Under the pieces are notes generated by a model. That model was not told where the DNA came from, searched no databases, and saw nothing but the letters and a program-made list of their open reading frames with translations. A DNA stretch of 64,000 nt from Longimicrobiales bacterium (lineage in GTDB: Bacteria > Gemmatimonadota > Gemmatimonadetes > Longimicrobiales > Gaopeijiaceae), in the NCBI GenBank assembly GCA_965204735.1, contig OZ242008.1, forward strand, positions 3,872,001-3,936,000, read 5' to 3'. The translations under genes and the position numbers were made by a program. Position 1 is the stretch's first letter; each line of letters opens with the position of its first letter. Below, piece by piece: positions 57,928-64,000 of this stretch.

Positions 57928-60900
57928 ACCGAATCGTCGACTGGTCGCTCGCCAATCGGCCGATCGTCCTGCTGGGAGCGCTGGTGCTGATGGTGTCCGG
58001 CGGCGCCACCTTGTCGCAGCACTCGATGGACGCCGTTCCCGACATGTCGGACGTGCAGGTCGTCGTCCTCACCGAGTACCCCGGCCAGGCGCCGCGGATC
58101 GTCGAGGACCAGGTCACCTACCCCCTGACGACCCGGCTGCTATCGGTGCCCGGCGCCCGCGACGTGCGCGCCTACTCCTTCTTCGGCCGCTCGCTGGCGT
58201 ACGTGGTCTTCGAAGACGGCACCGACCTCTACTGGGCACGAAGCCGCGTGCTGGAGTCGCTGAGCACGGCCACGGCCACGCTGCCCGCCGGGGTCTCGCC
58301 GACGCTGGGCCCCGACGCGACCGGCGTGGGATGGGCGTTCGTCTACGGACTCAAGTCGGACCGCCACGACCTGGGCGAGCTCCGCTCGCTTCAGGACTGG
58401 TACCTCAAGTACGAGCTGGGCGCCGTGCCAGGGGTGGCCGAAGTGGCCAGCGTGGGCGGGTTCGCGCGCCAGTACCAAGTCACGATGGACCCGAACCGTC
58501 TGCGGGCGTACGGCGTGACGCCCCAGCGGATCGCGGAAGCAGTGCGCCGGAGCAACACCGACACGGGCGGGCGTCTGCTGGAGATCGCCGGCAAGGAGTT
58601 CATGATCCGCGGCCGGGGCTACATCCAGTCGCCCGATGAGATCGGCAAGATCATCCTGGGAGTAAACCCCAACGGCACGCCGCTGCTGCTGGAGAGCGTG
58701 GCCCGAGTGGCGGTCGGCCCGGACATCAGGCGGGGCGTGGCGGAGTGGGACGGGGAGGGCGAGATCGTCGGCGGGATCGTGGTGGTGCGCTACGGCGCCG
58801 ACACTCGCGAAGTCGTGCGGGCGGTGAAGGCCCGGCTCGAGGAAGTCGAGCCCCAGCTCCCCGAGGGCGTCGAAGTCGTGGTCGGGTACGACCGCACCGG
58901 CCTGATCGACGACGCCGCGAGCAACCTGCGCAACGCCTTGCTCCAGCAGTTCCTGATCGTCGGCGCCGTGTGCCTGGTGTTCCTCCTTCACGTGGGCAGC
59001 GGGCTGGTGGCCGTGGCGTCGCTCCCGGCAGGCTTCTTCGTCGCCTGCATCGTCACCGACTGGATGGGCGTGCAGCTGAACATCATGTCGCTGGGCGGCG
59101 TGGCCGTGGCCGTCGGAACGATGGTGGACGCGGCGATCGTGATGGTCGAGAACGCCCACCGCCACTTGGCTCGCAAGCGGGACGAGCAGCCCCACTGGCA
59201 GGTCATCGGCGCCTCCTGCCGGGAGATCGCGCCGGCGCTCTTCGCGTCGCTGCTTGTGATCACGGTGTCGTTTCTGCCCGTGTTCATGCTGGACGAACAG
59301 CAGGGCCGCCTCTTTCGGCCGCTTGCGATCACCAAGACCGCGGTGATGGCGTCCGCGGCCGTTCTCTCCCTCACCCTCGTTCCCGTGCTCGTGGGCTACT
59401 TGGTGCGAGGTCGAATTCGGCCCGATCGCCTGAACCCCGCCCGCAACCTCCTGGCGCGGCTCTACTCGCCGCTGCTTCGGCGCGCGCTGCGCACTCCGGC
59501 GCTGGTCCTGGGCGCCATGGTCGTGCTGCTGGGCGCGTCGGCCGTCGCGTACAAGCGTCTCGGTTCCGAGTTCATGCCGCCCCTGTGGGAAGGCGACCTG
59601 CTGTACATGCCGACGACGATGCCCGGCATCTCCGTCACCGAGGCGCGCGACCTTCTGCAGCGCACCGACCGGATCATCAAGACCTTCCCGGAAGTGGACC
59701 ACGTCTTCGGCAAGGTGGGCCGCGCGGAAACGGCCACGGACCCGGCGCCGCTGTCGATGATCGAGACCACGATCCTCCTCAAGCCGCGGGACGAGTGGCG
59801 GAGGGGAATGACCCGCGAGCGCCTCCTGGCCGAGCTCGATCGCGCGGTGCAGGTTCCCGGCCTCACCAACGCCTGGACGATGCCCATCAAGACCCGCATC
59901 GACATGCTGTCCACGGGCATCAAGACGCCGGTGGGCGTGAAGATCGCGGGGCCGGACTTGGCGGTCCTCGAGCGACTGGGCCAGGAAGTCGAACGGGCGG
60001 TGCGCGACCTGCCGGGCACGTCGAGCGCCTACGCCGAACGGGTCATGGGCGGCAACTACCTGGACATCACGATCGACCGCGACGCAATTGCGCGCTACGG
60101 CCTGACCGTGGAGGAAGTGCAGTGGACGATCGGCGCGGCGATCGGCGGGATGCAGGTCACGACGACCGTGGAAGGGTTGCAGCGCTACCCTGTCTACCTT
60201 CGCTACGAACGCGAGTTTCGGAACGACCTGCCGGCTCTGCAGAGCGTGCTCGTGCCGACGCCAACGGGCACGCAGGTTCCATTGGGGCAGTTGGCGACGA
60301 TGGAGTTCGTCGTGGGGCCGCCGGTCATCAAGAGCGAGAACGCGCGCCCCAATGCATGGGTGTACATCGACATCGCCACGTCGGACCTCGGGGGCTACGT
60401 GGAGACCGCGCGTCGCGCCGTCGAAGCCAGCGTCGACGTCCCGCCCGGCTACTCCATCGCTTGGAGCGGCCAGTACGAATCGATGCAGCGGGCGGAGCGG
60501 CGCCTGCGCTTCATCATCCCGCTCACCGTGGTCGTGATCTTCGGCGTGATCAGCCTCAACACCAAGTCCTTCGCCAAGACCGGCGCGATCCTCCTGGGAA
60601 CGCCCTTCGCCCTGAGCGGCTCGTTCCTCCTGCTGCACTTTCTCGGGTACAACTTGAGCGTGGCCGTGTGGGTGGGACTGATCGCCGTCGCCGGGCTGTA
60701 CGCCGAGACCGCGATCGTGTTCATGCTCTACCTCGACATCGCCTACGCCGACGCCCTGGCCGAGGGCAAGATGAACGACCGGCGGGACTTGGTGCGGGCG
60801 GTCTGCAACGGCGCCGTCTCCCGCGTGCGCCCCATCGTCATGACGGTGGCCACCGACGTGATCGGCCTCGCCCCCATCATGCTCAACGACGGGGCCGGCG

Positions 60901-61049
60901 CCGACATGATGAAGCGCATCGCGACCCCCTTGTTCGGCGGCGTCGCCACCTCCGCCCTCGTCGTCCTGGTCGTTTTCCCGACCCTCTTCTTCCTGCACAG
61001 GCGCCGCAACCTTCCCGGCGGTCCCGCTCCCGACGGCCCCGATCAGTGA
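57924..61049 (+). CDS. cusA: CusA/CzcA heavy-metal efflux RND transporter
   Basis: GPDATGVGW, VDAAIVMVEN, EFMPPL.EGDLLYMP, TDPAPLSM.ET, RIDMLSTG. Confidence 0.92.
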   Translation: MNRIVDWSLANRPIVLLGALVLMVSGGATLSQHSMDAVPDMSDVQVVVLTEYPGQAPRIVEDQVTYPLTTRLLSVPGARDVRAYSFFGRSLAYVVFEDGTDLYWARSRVLESLSTATATLPAGVSPTLGPDATGVGWAFVYGLKSDRHDLGELRSLQDWYLKYELGAVPGVAEVASVGGFARQYQVTMDPNRLRAYGVTPQRIAEAVRRSNTDTGGRLLEIAGKEFMIRGRGYIQSPDEIGKIILGVNPNGTPLLLESVARVAVGPDIRRGVAEWDGEGEIVGGIVVVRYGADTREVVRAVKARLEEVEPQLPEGVEVVVGYDRTGLIDDAASNLRNALLQQFLIVGAVCLVFLLHVGSGLVAVASLPAGFFVACIVTDWMGVQLNIMSLGGVAVAVGTMVDAAIVMVENAHRHLARKRDEQPHWQVIGASCREIAPALFASLLVITVSFLPVFMLDEQQGRLFRPLAITKTAVMASAAVLSLTLVPVLVGYLVRGRIRPDRLNPARNLLARLYSPLLRRALRTPALVLGAMVVLLGASAVAYKRLGSEFMPPLWEGDLLYMPTTMPGISVTEARDLLQRTDRIIKTFPEVDHVFGKVGRAETATDPAPLSMIETTILLKPRDEWRRGMTRERLLAELDRAVQVPGLTNAWTMPIKTRIDMLSTGIKTPVGVKIAGPDLAVLERLGQEVERAVRDLPGTSSAYAERVMGGNYLDITIDRDAIARYGLTVEEVQWTIGAAIGGMQVTTTVEGLQRYPVYLRYEREFRNDLPALQSVLVPTPTGTQVPLGQLATMEFVVGPPVIKSENARPNAWVYIDIATSDLGGYVETARRAVEASVDVPPGYSIAWSGQYESMQRAERRLRFIIPLTVVVIFGVISLNTKSFAKTGAILLGTPFALSGSFLLLHFLGYNLSVAVWVGLIAVAGLYAETAIVFMLYLDIAYADALAEGKMNDRRDLVRAVCNGAVSRVRPIVMTVATDVIGLAPIMLNDGAGADMMKRIATPLFGGVATSALVVLVVFPTLFFLHRRRNLPGGPAPDGPDQ

Positions 61050-63355
61050 CCGACTCGAGGGTCGGCCGCGAACTCGGCGCCCTCACGCGCGAGCTGGGGA
61101 TCAAGCTCCGAGTCCGCCTCGGTCTGAAGGTCGCCGTTCGCGACCTGACCGTGGGCAAGGTCGTCGACTACCGGGTTGTGTCGGCCGGCGACATGGACAA
61201 GAGCGCTGGTTTGGTCTCCAGGGATTCGCCGATCGGCCACGCCCTCCTGGCTGCAAGCCAAGGTGACGAACTGACGGTGCGGCTGCCGGCCGGCGCACGC
61301 CGCTTCAAAGTGCTGCAAGTCCATGCGAAAGGCTCCAAGGCGGCCCGCCGGCTGGTCGCTTGGACGTTGGGCAGGGAGGCCGACGCCGGCTTGGGGCGTC
61401 TTCCGTGGGTATTTGTTGCCGACGTCGAACGAGCCCTGCGCCTGATCCCCTGCGGCCCAAGCGCTGGCGCGGACCCGAGATCGATCCAGCTCGAGGAGCC
61501 CTGGGCCTTGGTCGCTGCTCCCTCGGACACCGAGATCGAGACTCGGGACGACCATGCGGCCGTCGTGGACGTCATCCGCACCGGGACGCGACGCCTGTGG
61601 CGAGTATGCGGTACGGTCGGCTTTCTGACGGCGGACGGCTCGCTGACCACGATCGAGGCGCGCGGCCCCACGGGCGGCGCGAAGGTCGAATACGAGCTGC
61701 ACGGAAAGCAGCGCCGCTTCGGCCGGACGAGGACGCCCGTGTTCCTGGGCCCTCCGGCGATGCGCAAGCGGAAGGACGGGAAGCTGCAAGGCGCGGTTCC
61801 GGAGCAGGACCTGCAGTGGAAGCCGGAGCTGCCGGGCTCGGCCTGGAGGCGTGTGCCCTCGGCCGAAGTCGTTCTGGGGTTCGGCGCCATGAGGTACGTG
61901 GAAGAGGGCGTCGTGCGCCGCTCCGTCCAACTCTGCGTCTTGCCCGACAAAGCTGCGCTGCGCATCCGCACTTCGCCCGATCCGCGACGTGGGGAAGCGT
62001 GGCTGCTGGGGTTCGGCAACGTCGAGGCGGAGGTTGTGGCGCCGGCCCACGTGCAGGCCGGCGTCTGCACCGAAGGCCGCAAGCACCGCCTGGAGCTGCT
62101 CGCCGAGAGCGACGTGCCTCCGCGCGAAGTGATCGTGGCGCTGACGTGGCACGGACGGGACGACTTGTTGGGCAAGGCGAAGTTGAGAGTTCCGTTCCCC
62201 ACCGAGCACGTCGCACTCTTCGGCGCGCGAGGACAGGAGCTGGCGCCCGGCTCCGTCCTGACGCCGCAGCAGTTGGCGGGCGCCCGTGCCGAGGCAGTCG
62301 CCCCGGAAGGCTCGGCGTTCGAGGTGCGAAGCCGTTGCGCAGGCCGGAACGCGGGCGAGATCGAGCCCTGGAGCGCCGCGACGGCAGCGGAAGTGCCCGC
62401 AACAAGTCCAGGGCAGTACTCGCTGGACCTCGCCGCCCTGCAACCCGCAGTTGCGGACGCGCTGGCGCTCGACAAGGACCTGCACGGGGCCGTCGAGCTG
62501 ACGGTCGGCCGCAAGCAAGGCGGAGAGCCGGTCGAGTGCCCGGGCGCCCGGGAACTCGCGAGCCCGTCGAACTCCTCTTCCATCGTGGTGATGCGCTTCG
62601 ACTTGAGGTTGGAGCGGCGCGACGCCGGCTCGTCCGTGCTCGACCTGGACCAACCCAGCCGCGAGAAGACGACCGCCGGCGAACTCGCCTCTCTTCAGGT
62701 TGAGGCGTTGCCCCTCCTCGACCCCGACCTGAAGCCGGTGACGCTGGAGCGCGAGAGCCGCACGAGCTGGCGGGCACCGGAACGGCGCCTCGTCCCTGGG
62801 CCTTGTCTGGTCGTTGGACGTGGCGAGAGTCGGCGACGCCTTTGGCCGCTGATCTGGCACGTCGGGGCAAGGGAGCACCGGTCGCACGGCCCTTCGTCCC
62901 ACCCGCGGAGCGCCGAGGAAGCCTACGCGAGCACGGTTGGCGGATCCCCAGCCATGGCGTTTCAGTCCGTCGCCGGCCAGATCGGCGCCCAGCCGGGTCA
63001 CGACGACTGGAAGCTGGTCTTCGGCTGTTTGCGAGAGGCGTCGCTTCCCGTTCAGGTCTTCCCGTTGCTGCGGGGCCTGGCCAGCACTCCCAGAGCTTGC
63101 GCGACGGCAGCGTTCCTTGCGTCGGATCAAGACTTCGACCTGCTGTGGAGGCGGATGGAGGAGCTTCCCTTCGCATGGTGGCAGGTGCCGCCTTGCTGCT
63201 GGAGGGAAGCATTGGACGCGTACGCGGAGCACTTGCGAGAAGGAGTGAGGGCCCTCGGCGGCACCGACTTGGCCCAGCAGGTCGTCGACGACCTGACCGC
63301 GTCGAGGATCGCACGGCTGAGGGCTCGCCTGGACGGCTTGGACGACATCCTATGA
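61046..63355 (+). CDS. Chimeric ORF: GreA/GreB C-terminal-like domain fused to a STY4851/ECs_5259 (DruH)-like region
   Basis: VS.DSPIGHALL...GDE.TVRLPAG.R at the N-terminus; LPWVF and ELPFAW..VP..W patterns recalled from the STY4851 family. Confidence 0.55.
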   Translation: MTDSRVGRELGALTRELGIKLRVRLGLKVAVRDLTVGKVVDYRVVSAGDMDKSAGLVSRDSPIGHALLAASQGDELTVRLPAGARRFKVLQVHAKGSKAARRLVAWTLGREADAGLGRLPWVFVADVERALRLIPCGPSAGADPRSIQLEEPWALVAAPSDTEIETRDDHAAVVDVIRTGTRRLWRVCGTVGFLTADGSLTTIEARGPTGGAKVEYELHGKQRRFGRTRTPVFLGPPAMRKRKDGKLQGAVPEQDLQWKPELPGSAWRRVPSAEVVLGFGAMRYVEEGVVRRSVQLCVLPDKAALRIRTSPDPRRGEAWLLGFGNVEAEVVAPAHVQAGVCTEGRKHRLELLAESDVPPREVIVALTWHGRDDLLGKAKLRVPFPTEHVALFGARGQELAPGSVLTPQQLAGARAEAVAPEGSAFEVRSRCAGRNAGEIEPWSAATAAEVPATSPGQYSLDLAALQPAVADALALDKDLHGAVELTVGRKQGGEPVECPGARELASPSNSSSIVVMRFDLRLERRDAGSSVLDLDQPSREKTTAGELASLQVEALPLLDPDLKPVTLERESRTSWRAPERRLVPGPCLVVGRGESRRRLWPLIWHVGAREHRSHGPSSHPRSAEEAYASTVGGSPAMAFQSVAGQIGAQPGHDDWKLVFGCLREASLPVQVFPLLRGLASTPRACATAAFLASDQDFDLLWRRMEELPFAWWQVPPCCWREALDAYAEHLREGVRALGGTDLAQQVVDDLTASRIARLRARLDGLDDIL

Positions 63356-63370
63356 CTCGTGACCGGAGAC

Positions 63371-63535
63371 GGCTCGCCGCAGGCGAAGGGCCGGGTCGAG
63401 CGGACGTTCGGCACGGCGCAGGATCGGCTGGTCAAGGAGATGCGCTTGGCGCGGGTCGCCACGCTCGAGGCGGCGAACCGCTACTTGGAGGAGCGATGGG
63501 TTCCGTTCTGGAACGAACGCTTCACGGTGGCGCCG
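63371..63535 (+). mobile_element. Transposase fragment (rve integrase core, ISNCY/IS481-like)
   Basis: SPQAKGRVERTFGTAQDRLVKEMRL...AANRYL...WNERF. Confidence 0.8.
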
Positions 63536-63543
63536 CGGTTGCC

Positions 63544-64000
63544 ATGGCGCTGTTGCCGGCGGTCTTGCTTGCGGGCGCTCTTGGTGCCCAGGAAGTGGTG
63601 GATCTGCCGGAAGAGGACCGGTTTCCGGCGCTTGATCTGGATGAGGTCTACCGCGTAGGCGGATCGGACCTGTTGCTCAGCAGGGTGCGGAAAGCGGAGT
63701 TCGGCGGCGACGGCACGCTCTACCTCTTGGACGGCAACTCGGCTTCTTCGGCTCGCTTGCTGGCGATCCGCGACGACGGACAAACCGCCGTCCAACTCGG
63801 GGAGCCTGGCGACGGCCCAGGAGAGTTCGGCGGTCTGCCTCACTTTGCTCCTCTGGGGGATCGGCACGTGGCCGCATTCGACTTGGGGCAAAACGCGTAC
63901 TTGGTCTTTTCCTCCGACGGCGCACTGGTGCGCACGGTCGGGGCAGGCGGGGGTGGCCGGGTAGCTGGACTCGGGAACTTGGCCCGGGTCGTGCGCCCTG
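63544..64000 (+). CDS. Secreted 6-bladed beta-propeller-like protein (runs off the window edge)
   Basis: Manual translation MALLPAVLLAGALGAQEVVDLPEEDR...GEPGDGPGEF. Confidence 0.65.
   Translation, partial: MALLPAVLLAGALGAQEVVDLPEEDRFPALDLDEVYRVGGSDLLLSRVRKAEFGGDGTLYLLDGNSASSARLLAIRDDGQTAVQLGEPGDGPGEFGGLPHFAPLGDRHVAAFDLGQNAYLVFSSDGALVRTVGAGGGGRVAGLGNLARVVRP

Noticed and set aside
58745..61045. 1536-aa ORF overlapping cusA
   Set aside because: The first ~770 aa are an alternate frame of cusA; the plausible gene starts at the GTGA overlap at 61046.
1..64000. CRISPR array, tRNA, rRNA, integrase or prophage
   Set aside because: No regularly spaced repeats, cloverleaf/T-loop signatures or phage/integrase motifs were found by eye; tRNAscan or Infernal would be needed to exclude small RNAs.

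Overview
High-GC bacterial chromosomal segment. The gene set and tight GTGA/ATGA coupling suggest Gemmatimonadota, but this is an inference. The backbone is housekeeping and metabolic: a TAT-exported oxidoreductase/hydrolase cluster, ychF, rpsU, thiolase and hydroxyacyl-CoA dehydrogenase, an msbA/LpxL-like envelope operon with a REC-PglZ protein, an M16 peptidase pair, an ECF sigma/anti-sigma pair, holA, a Cu P-type ATPase, mutS, CBS, ddl and cusCBA. Several accessory pieces are interspersed: two DNA methyltransferases plus a convergent PD-(D/E)xK nuclease, an orphan HEPN gene directly ahead of mcrBC, a lower-GC and partly decayed ABC-exporter island, and a GreA-fragment/DruH-like chimera next to an IS remnant. 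Four features are not shown by the ORF track: (1) an OsmC-family gene read through an in-frame UGA at the catalytic Cys position with a SECIS-like hairpin (probable selenoprotein); (2) an unannotated 21-aa amphipathic peptide ORF with a strong RBS just upstream of the putative restriction nuclease (type I toxin-like); (3) a consensus sigma-54 promoter with upstream TGT-N-ACA sites ahead of the ECF sigma factor; (4) an ECF-type promoter in front of the anti-sigma gene. No rRNA, tRNA or CRISPR array was seen. Family calls rest on motif recognition only; no database search was run.
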